This document shows, one piece after another, positions 21,566 to 31,291 of a DNA stretch of 42,351 bases. A program made the translations under genes and the position numbers. The stretch covers positions 1 through 42,351 of IMG/VR virus record IMGVR_UViG_3300045988_041457. One strand, given 5' to 3'. The first letter of the stretch is position 1. Each line of letters begins with the position of its first letter. Under the pieces are notes generated by a model. It saw only the letters and a program-made list of their open reading frames with translations, had not been told where the DNA came from and made no database searches. The stretch is from a virus.

Positions 21566-22063
21566 ATGAAGTATTGTAAAGAATTGACCGAGCGAATTTG
21601 TCAAGACATCCGCGATGGTTATACGCAGAAGAAAGCGTGCGAAAAAGAGGGCGTGAGTTCAACGCAATTTCATGTTTGGATGAACAAATATACGGCATTT
21701 GCGGAAGCCATAGAAAAGGCTCACTCCGATTTTGACGCGAATATAGTGAGAGTTGCGACAAAGGGGTTAATGGAATTAGTGACAGGCTTTGAGTATGATG
21801 AGAAAAAGACGGAGTATGAAAAAGACCCTTTGAATCCAGACAAGCCGCGAATCGTTAAGCAGACGATAATACATAAAAAGGTCGCTCCGAACATCACCGC
21901 AATTATATTCGCACTGACAAATAAAGACCCAGAGCAGTGGAAGAATAGGCAATACCAACAAATCGACGGAAAAGTAAAGGCCGAGAGCGACACGCAAGTA
22001 AGTCTGGCGAATGTGCCGGATGAGCTGTTGGCAGAGGTGATAAGCAAGATAAACGGCAAATAA
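21566..22063 (+). CDS. Terminase small subunit
   Basis: The N-terminal HTH is ICQDIRDGYTQKKACEKEGVSSTQFHVWMNK...FAEAIEKA. The C-terminus contains PNITAIIFALTNKDPEQWKNRQ, typical of small terminase proteins. It lies immediately upstream of terL. Confidence 0.7.
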   Translation: MKYCKELTERICQDIRDGYTQKKACEKEGVSSTQFHVWMNKYTAFAEAIEKAHSDFDANIVRVATKGLMELVTGFEYDEKKTEYEKDPLNPDKPRIVKQTIIHKKVAPNITAIIFALTNKDPEQWKNRQYQQIDGKVKAESDTQVSLANVPDELLAEVISKINGK

Positions 22064-22065
22064 AA

Positions 22066-22143
22066 ATGTTCTAAAAGTCTTATTTCGGTGTGGTTTGTCA
22101 AGAAAATCCCCGAGGTTAGACTTTTTGTGTATGTTCTAAAAGT
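22066..22143. repeat. 13-bp perfect direct repeat pair in the terS-terL intergenic region
   Basis: ATGTTCTAAAAGT occurs at 22066-22078 and 22131-22143, 65 bp apart. Confidence 0.7.
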
Positions 22144-22166
22144 GATATTTCAAACAAAATATTTGC

Positions 22167-23708
22167 ATGAATGTAAACGACATACAGATAGCGAGGATTC
22201 TGGAGCGCAATCCGGATTTGTTCCGACAAGAAGCGGCAAGGCGCAATTTGTTGTGGTACACGGAATATATGAATCCGCGTTTCAGTGCAACGACATTTCA
22301 CAAGAACTTTTACCGCGTCTTGGACATTTTCGCGCATGGTAAAGTGAAGAACTTGATTATTCAAAGCGCACCTCAACATGGCAAGAGTGAGGGGAGTAGT
22401 CGAATGTTACCGAGTTTCATGCTTGGTCTTAATCCTAATTTGAAAATCGCTATCTGTTCATATGCGGCCACGATTGCAAAGGACTTCAATCGAGACAATC
22501 AACGATTGATTGACACGCCGGAATATCATGCCGTTTTCCCTGAAACTACCTTGTCAGGCGCAACGGCAAAGAACGAGGACAACTATTTGCGAAATTCGGA
22601 ATCATTTGAAATTGTCGGTTATCGCGGTTCGTTGAGGTCGGTCGGTCGTGGCGGTGCGCTGAACTCGAAAACGATTGACTTGCTGATTTGCGATGACTTG
22701 TATAAAGATGCGATGGAAGCTAATTCGCCGGTAGTGCGGCAGGGTGCGTGGGATTGGTATACGAAAGTAGCGCGAACAAGATTGCATAATGAATCGCAGC
22801 AATTAATCGTGTTTACAAGGTGGCATCCGGAGGATGTTATCGGTAAGATTCTGGAGAGTGAGAAAGTGATAACGGCTACAAAGTGGAGCGACTTTGACAA
22901 TGTGCCGGATGGTACGTGGGTGCTTGTGAACTTTGAAGCAATCAAGACGGGCGAGCCGACCGAGATAGACCCGCGCAAAAAGGGCGAAGCACTATGGCCG
23001 GAGCGGCATAGCCTTGAACGATTGTTGTCGATGAAAGCAATCGACCCTGTGGGTTTTCAGTGCTTGTATCAAGGAAATCCGGAGAACGCGGAGGGTCGCT
23101 TGTATGAACCTTTCAAGACGTGGATAGACAAAGCGGAATGGGGAATGATGGTACGTAAGGGTTGCTATGTCGATGTTGCGGACGAGGGAAATGATTATAC
23201 GTGTGCGATTGCCTATGATGTCTACAAGAGCAATGAAACATCATGGAATGAACGCAAGAAAAGGTTTGAACCTATCTTGTATGCGCTTGTTACCGGAATT
23301 GACTATACGGACGCAAACGCGGACACGACAACGATAACCACGCCGCGATTGATTAATGAGAGCGGCGCACAGAAAGCATGGATAGAGAGCAACGGCGGAG
23401 GTTCGCAATTTGAAAAGGTGGCACGCAAGAAAGTAAGGGCTTTGACATGTCCGTTTTATCAGAGCTTGAACAAGGAAAGCCGAATTGTGACAAACGCACC
23501 TTTTGTGAATCAATCTATAATCATGCCTTTTGGTTGGGAGACAAGTTATCCGAAATTCTACAAGGCGGTAACGGAGTTCTTACGGCAATTCACGGCCAAC
23601 GAGCATGATGACGCGGCTGATTGTTTGACGGGCGTATATGAAAAAGAGATAGCAGACGGAAACACAATGCCGTATGGCCACGCGAACAGGGGCGTAAGGG
23701 TGCATTGA
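22167..23708 (+). CDS. Terminase large subunit
   Basis: Walker A-like SAPQHGKSEGSS and Walker B DLLICDDLYKD are present. The C-terminal nuclease half contains YVDVADEG and HDDAADCL acidic motifs. Size and position also fit. Confidence 0.85.
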   Translation: MNVNDIQIARILERNPDLFRQEAARRNLLWYTEYMNPRFSATTFHKNFYRVLDIFAHGKVKNLIIQSAPQHGKSEGSSRMLPSFMLGLNPNLKIAICSYAATIAKDFNRDNQRLIDTPEYHAVFPETTLSGATAKNEDNYLRNSESFEIVGYRGSLRSVGRGGALNSKTIDLLICDDLYKDAMEANSPVVRQGAWDWYTKVARTRLHNESQQLIVFTRWHPEDVIGKILESEKVITATKWSDFDNVPDGTWVLVNFEAIKTGEPTEIDPRKKGEALWPERHSLERLLSMKAIDPVGFQCLYQGNPENAEGRLYEPFKTWIDKAEWGMMVRKGCYVDVADEGNDYTCAIAYDVYKSNETSWNERKKRFEPILYALVTGIDYTDANADTTTITTPRLINESGAQKAWIESNGGGSQFEKVARKKVRALTCPFYQSLNKESRIVTNAPFVNQSIIMPFGWETSYPKFYKAVTEFLRQFTANEHDDAADCLTGVYEKEIADGNTMPYGHANRGVRVH

Positions 23709-23727
23709 TTTCGCGTAAGGTTAAAAC

Positions 23728-23771
23728 TAGGCGATTCTAGGCACTTTCGATGAAAAGATGATAGATTATAC
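23728..23771 (+). promoter_or_regulatory. Class-2 composite motif, copy D (downstream of terL, upstream of 23887)
   Basis: TAGGCGA at 23728-23734, TAGGCAC at 23738-23744 and core AAGATGATAGATTATAC at 23755-23771, with the same 10-nt and 17-nt spacings. Confidence 0.55.
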
Positions 23772-23801
23772 CATTTCGAAAAAATAACCGAATATGAGTC
23801 A

Positions 23802-23870
23802 TTTTAGGAAAAATTAATATCTTTGCATTTAGTACGGCAATGGGTGAGCCGTTAAGATAAAATATTAACG
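23802..23870 (+). promoter_or_regulatory. Promoter-like -7 box and structured leader upstream of 23887
   Basis: TATCTTTG at 23818-23825 with only a weak TTTT at about -33. The leader hairpins are ACGGC-9nt-GCCGT (23834-23852) and CGTTAA-9nt-TTAACG (23850-23870). Confidence 0.45.
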
Positions 23871-23886
23871 TTAAATTTTTTACATT

Positions 23887-24537
23887 ATGAGTATTACTTG
23901 TCAATGTCCGCTTGCAGAAGCATTGCCGAAGATTCCGAATGCGTCTTGTCCTGTTTCTTTCGGACAGATTCAGAAAGTAGCTTTTCAGAGATTGCGCAAG
24001 CCAACGGGCGAAGCGAATGAGTTTACCGCCGAGGCAGCTATTACCAAGAAAGCATCATGGACGGCACTTCTAACCGCCGAAGATGTTAAGAAAGTCGTTG
24101 TATCGCCTTATATCAATTCTCCTGCCGATACTGGTGGAGATGCCAGAACGACAAGCGGCGGAAATGATGATTTGGGCGGCGTGTCTACGATTCTAGGAAG
24201 TGAGCCGATTCAGTTTACCGGTTCATTGCGCGCGATTGACCAATCAATCGTAAAGGCGCTGAAAGAACTTATTTGCGAAGCGAATGCCGGAAATCTTGGT
24301 GTATTCCTGTTCGATGAAAACGGCAATATCGAAGCAATCCAAGATGAGACTACAAAATCGACATATCGCCCGATTCCTATTCGCAGTTTCTTCGTTGCCG
24401 ACAAGGTTCACGGAAACTATGATGCAAAGGATTCGAATGCGATTCAATGGTCGTATCAACCGAACTATTCCGACAACCTTACAATCGTGAAGCCGGAAGA
24501 TTTCAATCCGCTTACTGACCTCGTAAATGCCGAATAG
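23887..24537 (+). CDS. Virion-module protein (216 aa) with its own promoter region, possibly an abundant structural protein
   Basis: Track ORF preceded by class-2 motif copy D plus a TAnnTTTG promoter and a structured leader. I recognised no motif. The structural role is inferred from position between terL and the portal. Confidence 0.6.
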   Translation: MSITCQCPLAEALPKIPNASCPVSFGQIQKVAFQRLRKPTGEANEFTAEAAITKKASWTALLTAEDVKKVVVSPYINSPADTGGDARTTSGGNDDLGGVSTILGSEPIQFTGSLRAIDQSIVKALKELICEANAGNLGVFLFDENGNIEAIQDETTKSTYRPIPIRSFFVADKVHGNYDAKDSNAIQWSYQPNYSDNLTIVKPEDFNPLTDLVNAE

Positions 24538-24539
24538 TC

Positions 24540-24737
24540 ATGGGAGCGAAACAAACATTTGTAACGTTGTCTGCCGATGGTGTTACAAGAGAGTTTGAAT
24601 TCAGCCATGCCGAAAGGCTTTTGAACATGCCAAATTCCGGCTGGCGTTTGCCGGATGAATCAAAATTCGAATTTGTGAATCATGCCATTAGACGCAAGCA
24701 GATTAAAAGAATTACTGACGAAGAATTCAAAGGCTGA
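24540..24737 (+). CDS. Hypothetical protein (65 aa)
   Basis: Track ORF starting 2 nt after the previous stop. Confidence 0.5.
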   Translation: MGAKQTFVTLSADGVTREFEFSHAERLLNMPNSGWRLPDESKFEFVNHAIRRKQIKRITDEEFKG

Positions 24738-26421
24738 CACGTTGAGCCGCATGAAATATCACCAAGCTAGGGTGAAATTCCATGTCGTTAAAAGGATGTC
24801 CGCTTTAAGTTCTACATGTATTTCGCAACCATTGACACAATTTTTGGCGATGGTTGAAAATCTGTTGCCGCATGATAAATTTGTTGTATTCAAGACATTA
24901 TTCCGTTATCCCGTTAAGACAAACGAGATAACGGAAGTATGTTTTGACAAGTTGAGCCGAATATTCGAGGGTCGCAATCCGGCATATAATTACCTTTTCG
25001 CTACAAGCGAAGCGCGCGATGATTGGGAAAATTATCGACAAGAGGTATTGAATGAGCCGGTAGTGTGGCAGACGAAAGGATGGGAGTTCTTCAAGAGCGA
25101 AATTAACAGCGTCCTAATCGTTGACATGCCGCGAGAGCAGACCAGCGAAACGCCCGAGCCGTATTTCTATTGGTTGCCAATTGATGATGTCTTGACGTAT
25201 GACGCAGAACCGACAACCGGACAAATGCGCTATCTGGTTTTCAAACGCAAAGGGCAAATCATTGTCATAGATGATATGTCATATAGAGTTTGGGAAGATA
25301 AGAAAGACACGGGAATACCGGAGGGCGACCCGATTCTGGAGACATTGCATGACTTGGGATATTGTCCGGCGCGGTTCTTCTGGGATGAAAGCATTTCGCT
25401 TGACGACCCAGATGTAAAGGAAAGCCCGATTTCTTGCGTGCTGGAAAGTCTGGATTGGTTCGAGTTCTTCCACATTTCCAAACGTCAATTGGATTTGATG
25501 GGTGCATATCCTATCCTATCCGGCTACGAGCAGAATTGCGATTTTACCAATTCGGAAAACGGCGATTATTGTGATGGTGGCTTCTTGAAGAACAAGCAAG
25601 GCTATTATAAGCTGGACATGGCCGGAATGCTTATGCGGTGTCCTAAATGCGGCAACAAACGCATAGTTGGTGCCGGTTCTTTCGTTGAGATACCTGTTCC
25701 AAACGGCGGCGAGAATCAACCGGACTTGCGTAATCCGGTGCAGATGCTTTCGGTAGACAGGAATTCGCTTGATTACAACGTTTCCGAGGAAAAGAGACTA
25801 CGCGAGGATATTATTACTTCCGTGGTCGGACAAGCAGAGATTATCACTAATCGGGAAGCGTTCAACGAGCAGCAAGTCCAAGCCAACTATGAGAATGTTA
25901 CAACAATCTTGCGGAGAGTTAAAAGAGGTTTCGAAAATGCGCAGACATGGGTAGACAGCACGATTTGCCGTTTGAGATATGGAGAGCAGTTCATTTCCGC
26001 TAAAATTGACTATGGTACGGATTTCTTTTTGTCGTCCGTTGATGAATTGTGGGCGAAGTACAAGAAAGCAAAGGAATCCGGCGCGTCGGAAAGTGAACTT
26101 GACATGTTGCAGAACAGCATCATTGAAACGGAATATCGCAACGACCCTACGCAATTAAGGCGCATGAAGATTCTTGCAGACCTAGAGCCGTATCGGCACA
26201 TGACACGCGCAGAAGCAATTGAGCTGAGAGAGAAGAATTTAATTAGTGATTCGGATTTGCGAATAAAGTTGAATTTTTCTAATTTTGTCAACAGGTTCGA
26301 GCGCGAAAACACAAATATACTTAATTTCGGTACGGAGATTCAATACGCGAAAAAAATTGATAAAATCATGTCCGAGTTTGAACGATATGCCAAAGAGCAG
26401 AAAGCGAAACAGGACAACTAA
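24682..26421 (+). CDS. Putative portal protein
   Basis: This is the largest head-module ORF downstream of terL (579 aa). The call rests on size and synteny only. The alternative in-frame start ATG 24751 would remove the 56-nt overlap with 24540..24737. Confidence 0.5.
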   Translation: MPLDASRLKELLTKNSKADTLSRMKYHQARVKFHVVKRMSALSSTCISQPLTQFLAMVENLLPHDKFVVFKTLFRYPVKTNEITEVCFDKLSRIFEGRNPAYNYLFATSEARDDWENYRQEVLNEPVVWQTKGWEFFKSEINSVLIVDMPREQTSETPEPYFYWLPIDDVLTYDAEPTTGQMRYLVFKRKGQIIVIDDMSYRVWEDKKDTGIPEGDPILETLHDLGYCPARFFWDESISLDDPDVKESPISCVLESLDWFEFFHISKRQLDLMGAYPILSGYEQNCDFTNSENGDYCDGGFLKNKQGYYKLDMAGMLMRCPKCGNKRIVGAGSFVEIPVPNGGENQPDLRNPVQMLSVDRNSLDYNVSEEKRLREDIITSVVGQAEIITNREAFNEQQVQANYENVTTILRRVKRGFENAQTWVDSTICRLRYGEQFISAKIDYGTDFFLSSVDELWAKYKKAKESGASESELDMLQNSIIETEYRNDPTQLRRMKILADLEPYRHMTRAEAIELREKNLISDSDLRIKLNFSNFVNRFERENTNILNFGTEIQYAKKIDKIMSEFERYAKEQKAKQDN

Positions 26422-26433
26422 AACAAAAAAAAT

Positions 26434-26907
26434 ATGATTGTGAAAAATGGACGAGATTTGCCGATTGAGCAAATCACCAGCGAAAATTATGTAGTGCCAC
26501 GCGGCGAAGAAATGGTTTACCACGTCAAAATTGAGGTAAAGCAGTTCAACGCCAAGACGGGCGAAAGGATTTCAAGGCCGAGGGTTCAAAAGTTCGGCAT
26601 AAAAACATGGCAGGGAAGTGTAAGAGATAGCCTAGTTAAACAAGGCTACACGATAGACGTTTTGCATGACCCTATGGATTGGATTGTAGAAAACAAGGCG
26701 CGCGTGGAAGCCGAAAAGGCCGCAGCCATGAAAGCCGAAAAAGCAGCCGAAAAGGAAGCCATGAAAGCGGCGATTCTGGAGGAACTGAAAGCAGCCGGAA
26801 TTATTCCGAGCGATGGAAAATCGGTTGAGGACACAACGAGCGATGGAACATCAGAAGTGGATAAACCGAGCGAGAAGAAAGTTGGCCGACCGCCGAAGAA
26901 AGACTAA
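26434..26907 (+). CDS. Hypothetical head-module protein with an Ala/Lys/Glu repeat and a C-terminal GRPPKK (AT-hook-like) tail
   Basis: Track ORF containing the repeat EAEKAAAMKAEKAAEKEAMKAA. Confidence 0.6.
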   Translation: MIVKNGRDLPIEQITSENYVVPRGEEMVYHVKIEVKQFNAKTGERISRPRVQKFGIKTWQGSVRDSLVKQGYTIDVLHDPMDWIVENKARVEAEKAAAMKAEKAAEKEAMKAAILEELKAAGIIPSDGKSVEDTTSDGTSEVDKPSEKKVGRPPKKD

Positions 26908-26932
26908 TTTATAACTATTAAAAATAAACATT

Positions 26933-27196
26933 ATGCCACAGATTGCAAATCAAGACTTCATTAAAGTCAAAGTAGAGGGCGCATTTGCCGCAATGGATGC
27001 GGACACGAAGAAATATCTTCTGGCGAAGAAGAAAGAGGGTACAATTTTCGATTGTCTTGTTGAATCGACCACACAGGGAACGAGCCGCGTTTTGGCGGTA
27101 CATGATACCAAAGCCGGTAGCGCGATTACCAAAACCGAAATTACACTTGTTGATGGCTCAACCGGAAATGCCGAGAAAGTCGCAATTTTAGGGTAA
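26933..27196 (+). CDS. Hypothetical head-module protein (87 aa)
   Basis: Track ORF. Confidence 0.55.
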   Translation: MPQIANQDFIKVKVEGAFAAMDADTKKYLLAKKKEGTIFDCLVESTTQGTSRVLAVHDTKAGSAITKTEITLVDGSTGNAEKVAILG

Positions 27197-27228
27197 TTGA
27201 TTTATAACCAAAATCAAAGGGAAAGATT

Positions 27229-28173
27229 ATGGCACTTACGATGGATATGATTCGGAGCAATGAGCGTTTGAGCGCATTGACCGATGAACAAATAGCAGTC
27301 ATTACAGAAATGAGCCGAAACGATGAATCATCCGTTATCGGGCAAAAGACCGGAGAAATATATGGTGGACTTGATGCAGATATTTTGTCGGTTTCTGGGA
27401 TTGCAAAAAATGGAACGGAGAAAACCTATGATTACGCCAAAAGGGTAATCGGCGAAATCAAGGGAACGGCCGCGAAGTATGATGAGGCAGCACGCGAGAT
27501 TAAAGCATTGACTGATGAGAAAGCAAGACTTGAAAAGGTAATTGCGGATGGTGGTGCAGATTCAGAGACAAAGCGACAACTCACACAGGCGCAGACCGAC
27601 CTAGCATCCGTTACAAAGAGTTTTACCGACCTCAAAGCGCAGTTTGACGCGCAGAAAGACGCACACGTCAAAGAATTGTTCGACATTAAACTTGACGGAG
27701 AATTTGCAAAAGCGACAAGCGGACTGAAATACAAGTCTGACATTCCGCAAAGTGTAACGGATGTAATTTTGTCGCAAGCGGTATCGAAAGTCAAGGGCAT
27801 GTTCCCTGAATTCATTGACGATGGAAAGGGCGGAAAGGTTCTTGCTTTCAAGGACGGCGAAAATGGCGCGATTATGCGCAATCCGGAAAGGAACTTGAAT
27901 CCTTACACAGCATCTGAACTTGTCGAAAAAGAGTTAAAGACGATGGGGGTGCTGGATAGCGGACGCAAGAAAACCGGCGCCGGAACTGAACCGCCAGCAG
28001 GTCGGAATTCGGGCGTTATCGACATTACGGGCGCGAGGACGCAAGATGAAGCATACGAAGCCATTGCATCCAGCCTTATGGCACAGGGCATGACTATCGG
28101 TTCAAACGAATTTGATGCCGCAATGTCGAAAGCATGGGCAGAAAACAATATCAAGTCATTGCCTGTAAAATAG
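27229..28173 (+). CDS. Putative scaffolding protein
   Basis: 314 aa, helical and rich in Ala/Glu/Lys/Asp. It lies directly upstream of the major capsid gene. Confidence 0.5.
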   Translation: MALTMDMIRSNERLSALTDEQIAVITEMSRNDESSVIGQKTGEIYGGLDADILSVSGIAKNGTEKTYDYAKRVIGEIKGTAAKYDEAAREIKALTDEKARLEKVIADGGADSETKRQLTQAQTDLASVTKSFTDLKAQFDAQKDAHVKELFDIKLDGEFAKATSGLKYKSDIPQSVTDVILSQAVSKVKGMFPEFIDDGKGGKVLAFKDGENGAIMRNPERNLNPYTASELVEKELKTMGVLDSGRKKTGAGTEPPAGRNSGVIDITGARTQDEAYEAIASSLMAQGMTIGSNEFDAAMSKAWAENNIKSLPVK

Positions 28174-28238
28174 CATTACACACAAGCCGAAAAAGGGTCA
28201 TTCGGTCGAATTATTAACAATTTAATTTTTTACGAACT

Positions 28239-29354
28239 ATGTCATTAATCGCAACAAGATTGCAGAATTGGCGTGTGGAAAATCCGCAGTTTGACCGCAA
28301 TATGACCAGACCTTGCGAGTATGGTGCGCTTGATTTCTTCATTGACCAGACAAATTCTGCCAACTCAATCATTTCGCCGAAACTTCGAGAGAGGGCTTTC
28401 GCGAGCATGGGTAATACGGTGCAGATTCCGGTTATCAATTTCGATGGAGACGTTCAAGTTTCAAATGTCCGCTCTTGCGTGATTGGAGATGACGAGAACA
28501 CGTCTGCATTGTATACTATCAACTGGGTAACATTGTCAGTCGGCTTTACCATGACACCGCGCCTTTACATGAACAACGAGATTTCGTATGAGCATGACTT
28601 CGCGCGTAAGATGGAGAAGATTTGCCGCGCTCTTGCAAACGCAATGGACGTTCAGGCTATCGCAGCACTTGAAGCCAACAAGACCGAGGTATTCAAGGAC
28701 AAGCTGTATTACACAGTCAATGCCAACGTGGTCGAAGTGCCATGGGCGGCGCGTCAAGAGTTCCTTGGAGACATGAACGCAATCATGAGAGCGAATTGCT
28801 ATCCGGGTATGCTTCATATCGTAGGCAATGCCGGTATTGATTCGACGATTGCAAAGTTGGCACAGCAAGATATTTATAACGATGTCAACAAGCGCAACGA
28901 GTACGCCGGAAAGGTATTCCACTATACTAACAATGTAGCCAACGAAGCCGGCAAGTTCGCAACCGCATACGTTGTCGAGGACGGAAATGTCGGTGTGCTT
29001 ACAAGGGTTGACCGCGAAGCATTGAACAGGACAAAGGCTAATTTCCACGAGTGGGATGTTGTCCGTCTGCCTTATATTGATTTGCCGGTCGGTTCTCACT
29101 ATTATACCGCAGTCGGTGACATGTCCGGTATTGCTGGAGCAGCATCCGAAGATATGACATGCGCGGTTAAGGAGTATTTCGGATTCAGCGTTGATGTTGC
29201 TTTCGTGGTAGCATACAATAGCGACACGCAGAATGTGGCGAATCCGATTATCAAGGTTGAGGTAGCCGCTTCCGGTTCAGCAAATCCATTTGCTGCACCT
29301 GTTGAGGTTGTCAATTCCGATAAGATGCCGATTCCGACAAAAACGATAGGCTAG
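28239..29354 (+). CDS. Putative major capsid protein
   Basis: 371 aa. It follows the scaffold-like gene and is followed by a strong terminator (29382-29418). The call rests on size and synteny. Confidence 0.65.
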   Translation: MSLIATRLQNWRVENPQFDRNMTRPCEYGALDFFIDQTNSANSIISPKLRERAFASMGNTVQIPVINFDGDVQVSNVRSCVIGDDENTSALYTINWVTLSVGFTMTPRLYMNNEISYEHDFARKMEKICRALANAMDVQAIAALEANKTEVFKDKLYYTVNANVVEVPWAARQEFLGDMNAIMRANCYPGMLHIVGNAGIDSTIAKLAQQDIYNDVNKRNEYAGKVFHYTNNVANEAGKFATAYVVEDGNVGVLTRVDREALNRTKANFHEWDVVRLPYIDLPVGSHYYTAVGDMSGIAGAASEDMTCAVKEYFGFSVDVAFVVAYNSDTQNVANPIIKVEVAASGSANPFAAPVEVVNSDKMPIPTKTIG

Positions 29355-29381
29355 AAATAGAGAATCGTTGTTGAAATCTTG

Positions 29382-29418
29382 GTGGGGATGGGGATTTGCC
29401 CCGTTCCCACTTTTTTTT
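29382..29418 (+). terminator. Rho-independent terminator immediately after the major capsid gene
   Basis: GTGGGGATGGGG-atttg-CCCCGTTCCCAC (two imperfect positions) is followed by T8 (29411-29418). Confidence 0.75.
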
Positions 29419-29430
29419 ATTAAAAATGCT

Positions 29431-30777
29431 ATGTTTAGACTTAAAGAGATAGATGATGCTTTGCTTCCGTTGGTAGGATGGCAACAGGCATATAATCCAG
29501 AGGAGCAGATAGATGCAAATTTGTGTGTGAGCGAAAGCGGTCTGACCTTTCAAGGGGCGCATCCGTTGTGCACATTGAATGGTATCCGCTCAATAATGCC
29601 GGATGACTACATATTGAATTATCCGGAGTGGAATATTCTTGTACCATACAAAGTAGGTAAAAAAGTAAGACACAATGACAGGGTGTGGATTTGCAACATT
29701 GCGAATACAGGTCTAGAGCCTAAATTGTCCGACTTCAACAAGGATTTCAATAATGACTTCGGAAGCGATATCGCCGGCGCATGGGTTGTTTACAACATGG
29801 CTTCTGATTATATTCGCAACATGACCATTGAGGGCATTAATGCGGTTGTTCAGCAGTTCATCATGCAGAAGCAGTTGACAAAGGAAACGCGCAACCTTTT
29901 AGAACGAAGAACGTTCTTTGACGGCGCGGCGCGTTTGGCCGCTACAATCAATTCAACGGATAGATTGGTAGGTTTCGAGATTGTTCCTGTTCGCGCAATG
30001 GGTGTTACGGCAAAGATTGACAAAATAGGATTGCAGATGGTGGGCGCCGTTGGCCAAATCCGGATATATCTGTTCCACTCGTCACAAGTTGCGCCGATGC
30101 AAGTAGTGGATGTTGAGTTTACGAATTCAAAAGGCGGCTTTCAATGGTTTACACCGAAAGAACCGCTATACTTGCCATACATGGGCGAAAACAATGATTC
30201 GGGAGGTGCATGGTATCTATGTTATAACCAGCGCGATTTGCCGCGAGATATGCAGGCTTTGAACGTGTCGAAAGATTGGAGCAGAGACCCGTGCGCGACA
30301 TGTATCGGAGGTTCGATTGAGAGTTGGCGAGAACTGACGAAATATTTGCAGATTTCCCCGTTTGCCGTTCATGTCGCATCTGATTTCCGCGAATATCCGG
30401 AGATGTTCGATGTGTCACAAATTGCATACACGAACACGATGAATTACGGCATGAATTGCGAGATTTCGGTCGGTTGTGATTTGACGGACTTTATCATTTC
30501 ACAAAGACAAGTTTTCGCTTCGGTAGTTCAGAAGCAAGTCGCGGTAAATGCTTTGCGGACAATGGCGATGAATCCGGAAGTGAGAGTGAACCGGAATCAA
30601 TCAAACGTTAGCCGGAATGATATTCTTTATGAGATTGAGGGCAATGCACAAGGACGCGCAAATGGCTTGGGATATGACTTGAAAAAGGCGTACGAAGCAT
30701 TGGCGATTGATACGCGCGGTCTGGACAGGATATGTTTGGCTTGCAATAATCATGGAGTGCGCTATCGCGTAGTGTGA
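29431..30777 (+). CDS. Hypothetical virion protein (448 aa)
   Basis: Track ORF 29368..30777 starts at TTG and would run through the terminator hairpin, so I prefer the in-frame ATG 29431. The segment EWNILVPYKVGKKVRHNDRVWICNIANTGLEP loosely resembles a CBM5/12-type carbohydrate-binding motif, which is weak evidence. Confidence 0.6.
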   Translation: MFRLKEIDDALLPLVGWQQAYNPEEQIDANLCVSESGLTFQGAHPLCTLNGIRSIMPDDYILNYPEWNILVPYKVGKKVRHNDRVWICNIANTGLEPKLSDFNKDFNNDFGSDIAGAWVVYNMASDYIRNMTIEGINAVVQQFIMQKQLTKETRNLLERRTFFDGAARLAATINSTDRLVGFEIVPVRAMGVTAKIDKIGLQMVGAVGQIRIYLFHSSQVAPMQVVDVEFTNSKGGFQWFTPKEPLYLPYMGENNDSGGAWYLCYNQRDLPRDMQALNVSKDWSRDPCATCIGGSIESWRELTKYLQISPFAVHVASDFREYPEMFDVSQIAYTNTMNYGMNCEISVGCDLTDFIISQRQVFASVVQKQVAVNALRTMAMNPEVRVNRNQSNVSRNDILYEIEGNAQGRANGLGYDLKKAYEALAIDTRGLDRICLACNNHGVRYRVV

Positions 30778-30778
30778 T

Positions 30779-31291
30779 ATGGGAATACTTGACGAGTTGT
30801 TGAATAGAGTTAAAGATGTGGCCGGAGGAATAACAACGGGCATACTTATTGGCAGTGTGGTGCAGAATCATCCCGTGGACATAATGGAATTGCAAAAGGA
30901 GCAACTATTGAACGGCAAATCGTCAAGCGGCGAGGATATACGACCATTTTACAGCGAGGATGTCAAGCCGCATGGATATTTCAATTCGATAGAAAGTGCA
31001 AAGAATTATGCGGCGTGGAAATCGACATTGAGTTATCCATCTTTTTCTGGCCGAAGAAATCCGGATGCGCCGAACCTGTATATCAATGGCAAGTTTCATG
31101 AAGAGCTGGGTGTGCGGTTTTCCGCGTTGTCTATGGAGGTAGTTCCGGAGACCGCATACGCGGCAACGATAGTGTCGAAATACGGCATTTCAACCTTTGG
31201 ACTTATGCCTAGCATGTGGGCGCGCATATTCGAGGAATATGGGGCATATAATGAGTTAATGGACGAAATAAAATCAATATTGTACGTATGA
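30779..31291 (+). CDS. Putative neck / virion morphogenesis protein
   Basis: Track ORF. The pattern GKSSSGEDIRPFYSED...YAAWK...NLYINGKFHEEL resembles head-tail joining or morphogenesis proteins, a weak match from memory. Confidence 0.5.
   Translation: MGILDELLNRVKDVAGGITTGILIGSVVQNHPVDIMELQKEQLLNGKSSSGEDIRPFYSEDVKPHGYFNSIESAKNYAAWKSTLSYPSFSGRRNPDAPNLYINGKFHEELGVRFSALSMEVVPETAYAATIVSKYGISTFGLMPSMWARIFEEYGAYNELMDEIKSILYV

Noticed and set aside
22088-22342. An 84-aa + strand ORF overlapping the terL start.
   Set aside because: It is out of frame with the strongly supported terminase gene. It begins in the intergenic repeat region and has no supporting signal.
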